Positions 11,952 through 20,530 of a stretch of 36,487 nt of DNA are shown here, one piece after another; the first letter of the stretch is position 1, and each line of letters begins with the position of its first letter. The notes under the pieces are model-generated. The model saw nothing but the letters and a program-made list of their open reading frames with translations, was not told the origin of the DNA and made no database searches. Source of the DNA: Polyangiaceae bacterium. GTDB taxonomy: Bacteria > Myxococcota_A > Polyangia > Polyangiales > Polyangiaceae. The position numbers and the translations under genes are program-made. The DNA lies in NCBI GenBank assembly GCA_044222475.1, contig JBGANF010000082.1, forward strand, positions 1-36,487. The letters are read 5' to 3'.

Positions 11952-13406
11952 GTGAGTCCCCACGACCGACGCAGTTTCTTCGTCCAGACGTTTGGTTGCC
12001 AGATGAACGTCCACGATTCCGAGAGGATGGTGGAGGTGCTGTCTGCGCACGGCTGGTCCGAGGTCGACCGCGCCGCCGACGCCGACGTCATCGTGCTCAA
12101 CACCTGCAGCGTCCGCGAGAAGGCCGAGCAGAAGCTCCGCAGCGAGGTCGGGCGGCTCGCGCTGCTCAAGCGCGACCGACCCGAGCTGGTGATCGCCGTC
12201 GCCGGCTGCGTCGCGCAGCAAGAGGGCGAGAAGCTGCTCACCCGGAACCCGGCGCTCGATCTCGTCGTCGGTCCCGACAACCTCGGCGAGCTCCCGGCGC
12301 TGCTCGAAGCGCAGGAGGCCGGCGCGCCGCCTCACGTGCGCACCGTGTTCGACGTCGACGCGCCGCGCTTTCTCTCGGCGAAGCCCGCGCCAGGCACGGC
12401 GCCGGTGAGCGCCTTCGTGACGACGATGAAGGGCTGCGACGAGCGCTGCTCGTTCTGCGTGGTGCCGTACACGCGCGGGCCGGAGCGCTATCGGCCTTCG
12501 GAGGAGATCCTCCGCGAGGTGCAGACGCTCGTGTCGAGCGGCGCGCGCGAGATCGTGCTCCTCGGTCAGACCGTCGACAGCTACCGCGACGCCGCGCTGC
12601 CGCCGCCCGCCAGCGACGATCCCGACGAGTCGCAGTTTCCTCACCTGCTCCGCGCGATCGCGGCGGCGGCGCCCGAGCTCGTGCGGCTGCGGTACACGAG
12701 CCCGCACCCGCGCCACTGCACCGAGGCTCTCGCCGAAGCTCATCGCGAGCTCGACGTGCTCGCGAAGCACGTCCACATGCCGGTGCAGTCGGGGTCGAAC
12801 CGCATGCTGCGGCGGATGATCCGTCGCTACACGCGCGAGGAGTACGTGGAGCGCGTACGGCGGCTCGCCGCGGCGCGGCCCGGCATGACGCTCTCGACGG
12901 ACATCATCGTCGGCTTCCCCGGCGAGACCGACGAGGACTTCGAGCTCACGCTCTCCCTCGTGCGCGAGGTCGGTTTCGTCGCCGCGTTCGGCTTCAAGTT
13001 CTCGCCTCGGCCCCACACCCCGGCGTTGAAGCTCGCCGACGACGTCCCGGAGGACGTGAAGGCCGCCCGGCTCGCTCGGCTGTTCGAGGTCGTCGAGGCG
13101 CAGGGCCAGGCCCACCTCGCGTCCCGCGTCGGCCACGAGGAGCAGGTGCTGGTCGAGGGGGCCCGCGACGACTCCTTCGAGGGGCGCACGGAACGCAATG
13201 AAATCATGCACATCGAAGGGGCTGCCGGGCTCGACCTGGTCGGGCGCGTCGTCGCGGTGAAGGTGACCCGCGCGAATCGGCACTCGCTGGGCGGGGAGCT
13301 GACCGAAGCGGCACGGCAGGCGGCACGAGCGGCGCCGGCCAAGGCCAAGGCCGAGGCCCAGAAACCGTTAGCCGGCAGGCGGTCCCTCCCGATTGTCGAC
13401 GCCTGA
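11952..13406 (+). CDS. miaB: tRNA-2-methylthio-N6-dimethylallyladenosine synthase (radical SAM + TRAM)
   Basis: TFGCQMNVHDSE, NTCSVREKAEQK, GCVAQ, CDERCSFC, YTSPHP, HMPVQSGS, DIIVGFPGET; start GTG 11952 inferred. Confidence 0.96.
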   Translation: MSPHDRRSFFVQTFGCQMNVHDSERMVEVLSAHGWSEVDRAADADVIVLNTCSVREKAEQKLRSEVGRLALLKRDRPELVIAVAGCVAQQEGEKLLTRNPALDLVVGPDNLGELPALLEAQEAGAPPHVRTVFDVDAPRFLSAKPAPGTAPVSAFVTTMKGCDERCSFCVVPYTRGPERYRPSEEILREVQTLVSSGAREIVLLGQTVDSYRDAALPPPASDDPDESQFPHLLRAIAAAAPELVRLRYTSPHPRHCTEALAEAHRELDVLAKHVHMPVQSGSNRMLRRMIRRYTREEYVERVRRLAAARPGMTLSTDIIVGFPGETDEDFELTLSLVREVGFVAAFGFKFSPRPHTPALKLADDVPEDVKAARLARLFEVVEAQGQAHLASRVGHEEQVLVEGARDDSFEGRTERNEIMHIEGAAGLDLVGRVVAVKVTRANRHSLGGELTEAARQAARAAPAKAKAEAQKPLAGRRSLPIVDA

Positions 13407-13507
13407 GCTTCCAATTCGATTCCGGTTGTGAATAATCGGCGCGGTACGCCCGTCGTGCGGTAGGGCGCAGAACGCTGTCTCAAAGGCCGGGAAAACTTGA
13501 GGAGCTC

Positions 13508-13942
13508 ATGAAACTGAATCTTCGTTGGATGGTCGCTGTTTCGATGGTCGCTGGCGTCGCCGCACTCACGGGGTGCAGCAGCATCCGCGTGGTTCGCGCG
13601 AGCCCGCAGGGCGGAGAGATTGCTCTCAATGGTGGCCGCGAAGGCGCCATGGAGAAAGCACGCGCCGAGATGAGCCGCACCTGCGGCGGTCCGTACACGA
13701 TCGTCGAGGAGGGCGAGGTCGTCGTCGGCGAGCAGACGTCCGGCTCGACGACGACCGAGCAGGGTCGTACGTGGAGCGGTCGCCCCGCGACGCGCACGTC
13801 GGGTTCGTCCACGACGCGCGAGCTCACCGAGTGGCGCGTGAAGTACGCGTGCGGCGCGGCTCCCCCGCCCGGCGCGGCTCCCCCGCCCGGCGCGGCCCCC
13901 CCGCCCGGTGGCGCACCGGCCCCGGCGCCGATGCCACGACGA
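13508..13942 (+). CDS. Lipoprotein with Pro-rich tail; no stop codon before the terminator (open frame continues to 14503)
   Basis: GAGGAG SD; lipobox LTG-C; homologous to 15117..15443; protein-like sequence ends at about 13936-13942 where the terminator hairpin begins; 3' end approximate. Confidence 0.75.
13853..13906 (+). repeat. 18-bp tandem repeat x3 encoding GAAPPP
   Basis: GGCGCGGC(T/C)CCCCCGCCC three times in frame. Confidence 0.9.
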
Positions 13943-13978
13943 GCGCGGCTTCCGAAAGGAGGCCGCGCTCTTCGTTTT
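13936..13978 (+). terminator. Intrinsic terminator between convergent genes
   Basis: GAGCGCGGCTTCC-GAAA-GGAGGCCGCGCTC stem-loop followed by TTCGTTTT. Confidence 0.85.
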
Positions 13979-13979
13979 G

Positions 13980-14294
13980 TCAGCGCGCCGCCGCGATGCA
14001 GGCGCCGCGTTCGCAGCGCGCGACGACGTCGGGCTCGGGGGCCTCGCACGCCGGGCACGACATCGGCTCGGGACAAGCGCGGGCCTGCGCGGCCGCGCGC
14101 TCGCTCGCCGGGACCACGCCGAGATCGCCGGGGCTCCACGCCGTGCACGGCGAGCAACAGCCGCGCAGCAAGACCACGACGCAGTCGTCGTCGACCTTGC
14201 ATGCGGGCGCGACCCGCGGAGCCATCGGCGCGCGAGTGGGCGCGCCAGCGCAAGCGACGAGCGCCACGAGCACGAGCGTTGCGACCCAGCGCAT
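13980..14294 (-). CDS. Small Cys-rich lipoprotein
   Basis: MRWVATLVLVALVA-C lipobox; CxxDxDC..GCCxxC...C..C..C...C....C pattern; starts 2 nt after the upstream stop. Confidence 0.75.
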   Translation of the reverse strand: MRWVATLVLVALVACAGAPTRAPMAPRVAPACKVDDDCVVVLLRGCCSPCTAWSPGDLGVVPASERAAAQARACPEPMSCPACEAPEPDVVARCERGACIAAAR

Positions 14295-14296
14295 GC

Positions 14297-14986
14297 TCAG
14301 CGCCACTCGATGCGGAACGGAAGTCGATGCGTGGCGTGCCCGCGGACCATCCCGTCGGGCTCGGGCTCGGAGAAGGTGACCCGGACGTCCTTCGCGCCGC
14401 CGTCCTCCATCATCGTGGAGATGAACGTCCCGTTCGAGATCGCGCTCCACGCCACGAGCACGTGGGGAACCCCGGTGCGCGCGCCCTCGACGCAGTGGGG
14501 TGATGCGACCTCGACCTTCACCTTCCCGAAGTCGTGGAGGATCGCCACCGCGCGAGGCAGCGCCAAGACCAACGTGTCGCTGCGGATGGTGCGGAGCAGC
14601 GTGCTGTACGCCTTGGCGAAGCCGGCGCGCGCGGCGATGCGGTTCGAGTCGCGGAGCTGGTCGGCGAACGAGATGCCGCGCATTCGGGCGATCGTCGCGC
14701 CAGCGTAGGGCAGCGGCACCACGTCGTAGTTGCGCGAGCTCGAGAAGGGTTGCTCGAAGAAGCGCGCGAGCGACGGCGTGGGCAGGGCCTTGATGAACGC
14801 AGGCAGGCCGCCGGGGATCTTCCTCGTGACGAACTCGAGGAGCCCGGTGTACGCGACGCCGAGGGTGTGGAACGGCGACGTGCCGGGCGGAAACGGAGGT
14901 TCCGGAGGCAGCGCGAACCGTGGGTCGTCGAAGCTCCACACGGGCACGACCTTAGCGCGAACCGGGATTCGCGGCGAAGTGACCAT
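14297..14986 (-). CDS. Hypothetical protein resembling the myxobacterial DUF2378/TIGR02265-like family
   Basis: Protein-like composition; FFEQPFSSSRNYD...AYSTLLR...LPRAV..HDFGKVKV pattern recalled for that family; start ATG 14986 or 15022. Confidence 0.55.
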   Translation of the reverse strand: MVTSPRIPVRAKVVPVWSFDDPRFALPPEPPFPPGTSPFHTLGVAYTGLLEFVTRKIPGGLPAFIKALPTPSLARFFEQPFSSSRNYDVVPLPYAGATIARMRGISFADQLRDSNRIAARAGFAKAYSTLLRTIRSDTLVLALPRAVAILHDFGKVKVEVASPHCVEGARTGVPHVLVAWSAISNGTFISTMMEDGGAKDVRVTFSEPEPDGMVRGHATHRLPFRIEWR

Positions 14987-15020
14987 GGTTCGGTCGGCTG
15001 GACGCCGCACGTTCTGGTTC

Positions 15021-15113
15021 ATGAAGACCTTCGCACACGGGCTCGTCGTCCTCGCTTCCTACATCACCCTCCACGCGGCGATCCTCGGGTTCTCCGGCTC
15101 CGTCATCCACTGA
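15021..15113 (+). CDS. Putative 30-aa hydrophobic small protein
   Basis: MKTFAHGLVVLASYITLHAAILGFSGSVIH; mostly C/G-ending codons; stop 3 nt before the next ATG. Confidence 0.45.
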   Translation: MKTFAHGLVVLASYITLHAAILGFSGSVIH

Positions 15114-15116
15114 TCG

Positions 15117-15443
15117 ATGCGGACCTCACTGAAGGAAGTCGCGGCCGTCGCCGCCGGCACCGGTGTCGTCTTCGCGGCGCTGTTCGGCTGCGCTACGCCC
15201 AGCGACGTCCGCATCGTGCACGTCACCGGTGAAGGCGGCGAGCTCGCCGTCGTCGGGGATCGCAACAAAGCGGCGCCGCAGGCGAACGCCGAGATGGCGC
15301 GCATCTGCAACGGCGCCGACCGCTACCGCGTCGTCGAAGAGCTCGACGTGCCGCTGGCCGACGGAGGAACGGCGACGCCCTACGGAGCGTCGGACTACCG
15401 ACTGCGCTTCGTGTGCGTGGCGCCGACCGTCGCGGCCCGCTGA
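15117..15443 (+). CDS. Small lipoprotein, paralog of the 13508 protein
   Basis: Lipobox LFG-C; shares GGE(I/L)A..G.R..A...A.AEM.R.C.G..Y.(I/V)VEE and C-terminal (W/Y)R..(Y/F).C with 13508. Confidence 0.8.
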   Translation: MRTSLKEVAAVAAGTGVVFAALFGCATPSDVRIVHVTGEGGELAVVGDRNKAAPQANAEMARICNGADRYRVVEELDVPLADGGTATPYGASDYRLRFVCVAPTVAAR

Positions 15444-15467
15444 GCCGCGATCGGCTACACTCTCGCG

Positions 15468-16253
15468 ATGCGTCGCTTCGCTTGGCTCGTGGTGGGTGCG
15501 CTCGCGTTTGCCTGCGCGAGCCCGACCGTGGGCGACGACGCGCGGGGCGTCTGCACCTCGGGGACGGCATGGAAGCCGACGAGCACCCGGATCGACGTCG
15601 AGTGGCGATACTTCGGTCAGGCGTGGTCGGCCTACGAGCGAGCTCGCGCGGATCTCTCCCCCGTCCAGCTCGGCGCGCTCGATGGTCTGTGCGCCTCCCC
15701 GCCGCAGCACGGAGAGTTCGCCGACTCGCAGGCGATCTACGTTCGCATCACCGATGCAGACGGATCGGTCGGGAGATACCGCTCTGCCCGCGGTGCGTTG
15801 GACTTCTACGGCGAGGAGCTCCCGATCATCGATTACTTCTCGTTGAGACCGTTCCTGGACACGGCGCACTGTCTCTTCAGCGGTGCGACCTCCGACCAAG
15901 CGAACACGATCTCGATCGATCCGATCACCGGCCAACCGGAGCCTCCCTGGGTGAATGCGCCGACCGCGAACGACGCGCCAGGTTGCGTCCACGGCGTCAC
16001 CGGGCGACCCGATTGCGCCGACGTGTGGATCACGCTGGGGGTGAGCGCGCCGGGACACTACTCGCTCTCCAACGACGCATGCCTGGGCATGCGCGTCTTC
16101 ACCAGCAACGGTGCGACGGAGCTCGCGGCGGTGAAGAAGTCGATGGCGTGCCCTGCGCTCGAGTACGACTTTCCGAGCGGGGGCCCCTACCTCGTCGCCT
16201 TCGATGGTGCCTGCGGCGGCGTCTTCGGGTTCCGCGCGACGCGGAGGCCGTGA
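15468..16253 (+). CDS. Cys-containing lipoprotein, tandem paralog A
   Basis: Lipobox AFA-C; highly similar to 16290..17093. Confidence 0.85.
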   Translation: MRRFAWLVVGALAFACASPTVGDDARGVCTSGTAWKPTSTRIDVEWRYFGQAWSAYERARADLSPVQLGALDGLCASPPQHGEFADSQAIYVRITDADGSVGRYRSARGALDFYGEELPIIDYFSLRPFLDTAHCLFSGATSDQANTISIDPITGQPEPPWVNAPTANDAPGCVHGVTGRPDCADVWITLGVSAPGHYSLSNDACLGMRVFTSNGATELAAVKKSMACPALEYDFPSGGPYLVAFDGACGGVFGFRATRRP

Positions 16254-16289
16254 GCGGCTCGCTCGGGCACGATCGGCTAGACTCTCGGC

Positions 16290-17093
16290 ATGCGCTTCGC
16301 TTGGCTCGCGCTTGGTGCGCTCGCGTTTGCATGCGCGAGCGAGACCGTCGGCGACGTCGCGCGCATCGAGACCGACTGCACGCGCGGCACCGCGTGGAAG
16401 CCGACGAGCACGCGGATCGACGTCGAGTGGAGATTCTTCGGCGTCGGTCCCGGTGAGGGATGGTCGGGCTACGAACGATCGCGCAGCGATCTTTCCTCCG
16501 CTCAGCTCGGTGCGCTCGGCGGGCTGTGTGCCTATCTCCCGGTGCGGTCGATGCTACCCGATTCCCAGGCGGTCTATGTTCGAATCACCGACGCCGATGG
16601 ATCGGTTGCGAGGTACCGCGCAGCCACGGAGAACAGGTTCGACTCGTACTACCAAGATCTTCCGGTCATCGAGTTCGGTTCGTTGAGGCCGTTCCTCGAC
16701 ACGGCGCACTGTCTCTTCAGCGGTGCGACCTCCGACCAAGCGAACACGATCTCGATCGATCCGATCACCGGCCAACCGGGACCGCCGTGGGTGAATGCAC
16801 CGATCGCGAACGACACGCCGGGTTGCGTCCACGGCGTCAGCGGGCAGCTCGACTGCGCCGACGTGTGGATCACGCTGACGGTGAGCGCGACGGGGCACTA
16901 CTCGCTCCGCAATGGCGCGTGCCTGGGCATGCGCGTCCTCACGGGCAACGGTGCGACGGAGCTCGCGTCGGTCAAGAAGTCGCTGGCGTGCCCTGCGCTC
17001 GAGTACGACTTTCCGAGCGCGGGCCCCTACCTCGTAGCCTTCGGTGGGGCGTGTGGGGGGAGCTTCGAGTTCCGTGCGACGCGCAGCCCGTGA
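16290..17093 (+). CDS. Cys-containing lipoprotein, tandem paralog B
   Basis: Lipobox AFA-C; 82 bp identical to paralog A (16698-16779 vs 15858-15939). Confidence 0.85.
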   Translation: MRFAWLALGALAFACASETVGDVARIETDCTRGTAWKPTSTRIDVEWRFFGVGPGEGWSGYERSRSDLSSAQLGALGGLCAYLPVRSMLPDSQAVYVRITDADGSVARYRAATENRFDSYYQDLPVIEFGSLRPFLDTAHCLFSGATSDQANTISIDPITGQPGPPWVNAPIANDTPGCVHGVSGQLDCADVWITLTVSATGHYSLRNGACLGMRVLTGNGATELASVKKSLACPALEYDFPSAGPYLVAFGGACGGSFEFRATRSP

Positions 17094-17582
17094 TCAGGGC
17101 CCGCTGAGGACACGCATCTCGACGTTCGCGACGCCCATGCGGACCATCTGAAGCTTCTCGGCCGCGCCGCGCGAGAGATCGATGATGAACCGCGGAGACA
17201 TCGGCCCGCGATCGTTGATCCGCACGCGCACCGACAACCCGGTGCCTGGACGCGTGACCTCGACCCACGTCCCGATCGGCAACGTGCGATGAGCCGCGGT
17301 GAGCCCAGAAGGATCGAACCGCTCGCCGGAGGCCGTCTTGTGACCCTTGAGAGCGTCGCCGTACCAACTAGCGACGCCCACGACGACGCTCCCCGTGGGA
17401 ACGCCGGTCGCGGTCGCGCTGGGAACCGGGGTCGGAGCGACGGTCACCGTTTCGCTGGGAACGGGAGCCACGCTGGCGGTCGCACTCGGCGCCGTCGCGA
17501 CCGGAGCCGCGACCGGCTCGGGCCGACACGCCGTCACCGCGCACACGAGAATCCAGAAGCTACGCGGCGAGCTCGATCCCAA
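17094..17582 (-). CDS. rlpA: RlpA-family double-psi beta-barrel lipoprotein (lytic transglycosylase-like)
   Basis: GVASWYG...GHKTASGERFD..LTAAHRTLP.GT.V.V...SVRVRINDRGP...IIDLSRGAAEKL; lipobox VTA-C; TTG start with GGGAG SD inside the 3' end of the kinase gene. Confidence 0.88.
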   Translation of the reverse strand: MGSSSPRSFWILVCAVTACRPEPVAAPVATAPSATASVAPVPSETVTVAPTPVPSATATGVPTGSVVVGVASWYGDALKGHKTASGERFDPSGLTAAHRTLPIGTWVEVTRPGTGLSVRVRINDRGPMSPRFIIDLSRGAAEKLQMVRMGVANVEMRVLSGP

Positions 17583-18897
17583 CGACCGCTCCCTTCTCCT
17601 TCCGGTTCCTCGCGAACGCCGTGCCGCCATGCGCCTCGGCGATCCGCTTCACGAGCGCGAGCCCCAACCCGACGGAGCCCTGGTCGGCGCTCCGCTTGAA
17701 GAACGGCTCGAACACCTTCTCCTGCTCGCCGTCGGCGAAGCCCGGCCCGTCGTCCTCGACCTCGAACGCGACGAACCCGCCGCGGAGCACGACCCGCAGC
17801 TTCGTGGGCCCGCCGCCGTGGCGTTGGGCGTTCTGCAGCAGGTTCGTGACCGCCCGTTGTACCAACGTGGGATCGCCCTGGAGCTTCGCGCCGTTCGTGC
17901 GGTCGTCGAGGATCGACGGATCGACCCCGGTCCGCTCCAGCGCCAGCAGCGCGATCTCGCCCGCGACGATCTCGCGCTTCGACTCGGCCGCGAAGTCGAG
18001 CCGCGACGCCGCGAGGAGCTCCGCCACCAGCGAGTCGATCTCGACGATCTCGCGATCGAGCTCGTCGAGCCGCTTCGTCTCCGCGCCGGCTTCTTTCCCG
18101 TCACGCGAGAGCTCGAGCAGGAGCCGCATGCGCGCGAGCGGCGTCCGAATCTCGTGCGACACCGTCGCGAGGAGCGCGCGCTGGTCGGCGAGCTGCTTCT
18201 CGATCCGAGAGGCCATCGTGTTGATGGCGCCGCCCAGGATCACCGCGTCTTCCCCGCCCCGGCCGTGCCCTTCGGTCTGGAAGCGGGCCTTCAAGTTGCC
18301 GGTACCAATTTGGGACGCGACCCGCTCCAGCTCGGCGAACGGGCGGGCGAGCCGCCGCGCGATCGCGTGCGATCCGGCCCACAGGAAGATGATCACCAGC
18401 GCCAGCGGGCCGAGGAACTTGAACGACGCGCCCTGGTAGCGCTCGGCGCACACCGCGACCGTGCCGTAGTCTCGGCCGTCCTTCGCGACCGGCACGTCGA
18501 GCACCGGAGCCACGCACGCGTGCGCGCCGTACTCGCCGACGACCGCTCCGCCTTGGTCACGGAGCCGCAGATCGACGTCGAGCTCGCGCGACACCGACCG
18601 CGCGAGCTCGTCGCGCTCGGCCGGGCGGTCCCACACGGCTGCGAACCGATCGGCGAGCAGGGCCTGCCCGCGCAAGAACTCGGTCTTCATGTTGGCGTTG
18701 CTGCGCCGGGCGAACATGCCGGCGACGAACGCGGTGACCAGGATGGTCAGCCCGAACCACGCGAAGATGCGGCGCTGGAGGCGCCACCGGAAATAGAACC
18801 TGCGACGGTCGTCCGGGGTGACCCCGCAGTCGGCCCCGTGACGATGCTTCACGTCTCCGTGAGCGTGCCCGTGCGGATGATGTCGAGCCCAGCGCAC
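17560..18897 (-). CDS. HAMP-domain sensor histidine kinase (CpxA/RstB-like)
   Basis: Two TM segments, HAMP, VSHEIRTPLARMR H-box, NLLQNAQRH, VEDDGPG, FEPF, GLGLALV. Confidence 0.95.
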   Translation of the reverse strand: MRWARHHPHGHAHGDVKHRHGADCGVTPDDRRRFYFRWRLQRRIFAWFGLTILVTAFVAGMFARRSNANMKTEFLRGQALLADRFAAVWDRPAERDELARSVSRELDVDLRLRDQGGAVVGEYGAHACVAPVLDVPVAKDGRDYGTVAVCAERYQGASFKFLGPLALVIIFLWAGSHAIARRLARPFAELERVASQIGTGNLKARFQTEGHGRGGEDAVILGGAINTMASRIEKQLADQRALLATVSHEIRTPLARMRLLLELSRDGKEAGAETKRLDELDREIVEIDSLVAELLAASRLDFAAESKREIVAGEIALLALERTGVDPSILDDRTNGAKLQGDPTLVQRAVTNLLQNAQRHGGGPTKLRVVLRGGFVAFEVEDDGPGFADGEQEKVFEPFFKRSADQGSVGLGLALVKRIAEAHGGTAFARNRKEKGAVVGIELAA

Positions 18898-18900
18898 CGG

Positions 18901-19581
18901 TCACTCCTTCGCCAGGACGTAGCCGACGCCACGCACGGTCTTGATCAGCCGCGGGCTCTTCGGGTCGTCGCCGAGCTTCTGCCGGAGATGCGAGATGTGG
19001 ACGTCGACCGTGCGCTCGCCGACCGTCACGTCGCCGCGGCCGGCCTCTTCGAGGAGCGAGTCGCGCGGGACGACGCGTCCGGCGCGGCGCATGAGCGCCA
19101 CGAGGATGTCGAACTCGATCCCGGTGAGGTCGATGCGGCTGCCGTTTCGTGACACCTCGCGCCGCCCGAGATCGGCCGTGAGATCCGACGCCAAGAGCCT
19201 CTCCGACACGGCCTCCGGCTGGGCGCGCCGCACGACGGCGCGGAGGCGCGCGAGGAGCTCGCGCGGGCTGAACGGCTTGGCCACGTAGTCGTCGGCTCCC
19301 AGCTCGAGGCCCACGACGCGGTCCGTCTCGTCGCCCTTGGCCGTCAGCATCACGACCGGAACCGTGCTCGTCGCTCGGATGCGCTGGCACACCTCGAGCC
19401 CGCTCATGCCCGGCATCATGACGTCGAGGAGGACGGCGTCGAAGCCGCCCTCCTCGAGGAGCGCGAGGCCCTTGGGGCCGTCGTTCGCTCCGCGCACCTG
19501 CACTCCGTTCTGCTCGAGGTAGCTCGACAGCAGCTCGTAGAGCCGGGCGTCGTCATCGATGAGGAGCACTCGCATCGACAT
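18901..19581 (-). CDS. OmpR/CpxR-family response regulator
   Basis: LLIDDD, LLDVMMPG, MLTAKG, GADDYVAKPF, winged helix VDVHISHLRQKL...TVRGVGY. Confidence 0.96.
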   Translation of the reverse strand: MSMRVLLIDDDARLYELLSSYLEQNGVQVRGANDGPKGLALLEEGGFDAVLLDVMMPGMSGLEVCQRIRATSTVPVVMLTAKGDETDRVVGLELGADDYVAKPFSPRELLARLRAVVRRAQPEAVSERLLASDLTADLGRREVSRNGSRIDLTGIEFDILVALMRRAGRVVPRDSLLEEAGRGDVTVGERTVDVHISHLRQKLGDDPKSPRLIKTVRGVGYVLAKE

Positions 19582-19585
19582 GAGC

Positions 19586-19795
19586 TTACCGCGGTTCGTC
19601 CTGCTCCGTGACGCCTCGGCGATCGACGCCGTCGCGTTGATCGGCCCGCGCTGCATCGACGCAGACCTTGGCGACGTGGTGCTCCCAAGCGTCCCGTCGC
19701 TGACCGTGGCATCGCATCGACGCGAAGCCGAGGGTGTAACCGCCCACCGTACCCAGGGCGAGAAGGGCAATCGCAATACGCCTACGCATGTTCAT
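19586..19795 (-). CDS. Small membrane-anchored or secreted protein with Cys/His residues
   Basis: AAAGGAG SD; RRRIAIALLALGTVGGYTLGF segment; CH...HHVAKVC; tightly packed within the operon. Confidence 0.75.
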   Translation of the reverse strand: MNMRRRIAIALLALGTVGGYTLGFASMRCHGQRRDAWEHHVAKVCVDAARADQRDGVDRRGVTEQDEPR

Positions 19796-19816
19796 GGCTC
19801 CTTTCCGTGCTCCTTC

Positions 19817-20449
19817 TCAAACCCAGGCCGTGCGCTCGCCGCGCGGGCGACCGCCACCAAAGAACCCACCGCGACGCGCGAGGAAGTCCGCGACGATCCC
19901 GCGCTGGCGCTCGTCGAGCACCTCGTGGATCTGCGCGAGCCCTTCGAGCATCGCGACGCGGACCTTCGCGAACGACGCGTCGGCTTTGCCGCTGACGCCT
20001 TCGGCCGCGGTGCGGTCGAACGTCTCGCCGCGGAAGAGATCCGACACCTCGGAGCTGTCCTTCCACTCGGCGCGTGCCTCTTGCATCGTCTTCTGGATCT
20101 GCTCGAACGCCGCCTTGATCACCTTCTCCTGACCGGGAGTCGTGTCGAGGCGCTGAAAGAGCCCGCGGAGGAAGAACCCGCCGCCGCCGAACGGCCCGAA
20201 GCCGCCGCGCGTCTCTTCGTGAGCGTCGCGACCCCAGAAGCCGCCGCGATCGTCGTGATCGTGGCCGTGGTGGTGGTGACCGCCCCAGCCGCCGAAGTGC
20301 CGCGACCCGCCGCCGCAACCGCCGCCGTAGCCGTAGCTGCCGCAGCCGCCGCCGCCGTAACCGTGCATCCGTGCCCAGCCGTAGCGACGACCGCGCACCA
20401 CCTTGATGAGACCAATCAAACAAACCGTACCGATGATGAAACCGAGCAT
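19817..20449 (-). CDS. Spy/CpxP/ZraP-like (LTXXQ-type) protein with Gly/His-rich N-region
   Basis: GGAGG SD; LDTTPGQEKVI and IHEVLDERQR motifs resemble the two LTxxQ boxes; GGHHHHGHDHDD tract; first gene of the RR/HK operon. Confidence 0.75.
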   Translation of the reverse strand: MLGFIIGTVCLIGLIKVVRGRRYGWARMHGYGGGGCGSYGYGGGCGGGSRHFGGWGGHHHHGHDHDDRGGFWGRDAHEETRGGFGPFGGGGFFLRGLFQRLDTTPGQEKVIKAAFEQIQKTMQEARAEWKDSSEVSDLFRGETFDRTAAEGVSGKADASFAKVRVAMLEGLAQIHEVLDERQRGIVADFLARRGGFFGGGRPRGERTAWV

Positions 20450-20530
20450 CGTGAGTGCCTCCTGTGTGACCAGGAGCGTGGACCTCGAGTGTTAAGCGCC
20501 TAGCGGGGCCACGATGAAGAAGTGTAAAAG

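Noticed and set aside
11876..12280. Long overlap between the acyl-CoA ligase ORF and miaB
   Set aside because: Artefact of choosing the farthest upstream starts; the probable starts (11875 minus, 11952 plus) leave a normal divergent gap.
15468..17093. Possible diversity-generating retroelement TR/VR pair
   Set aside because: Both copies are full ORFs, differences are not adenine-specific and include indels, and no reverse transcriptase is in the window.
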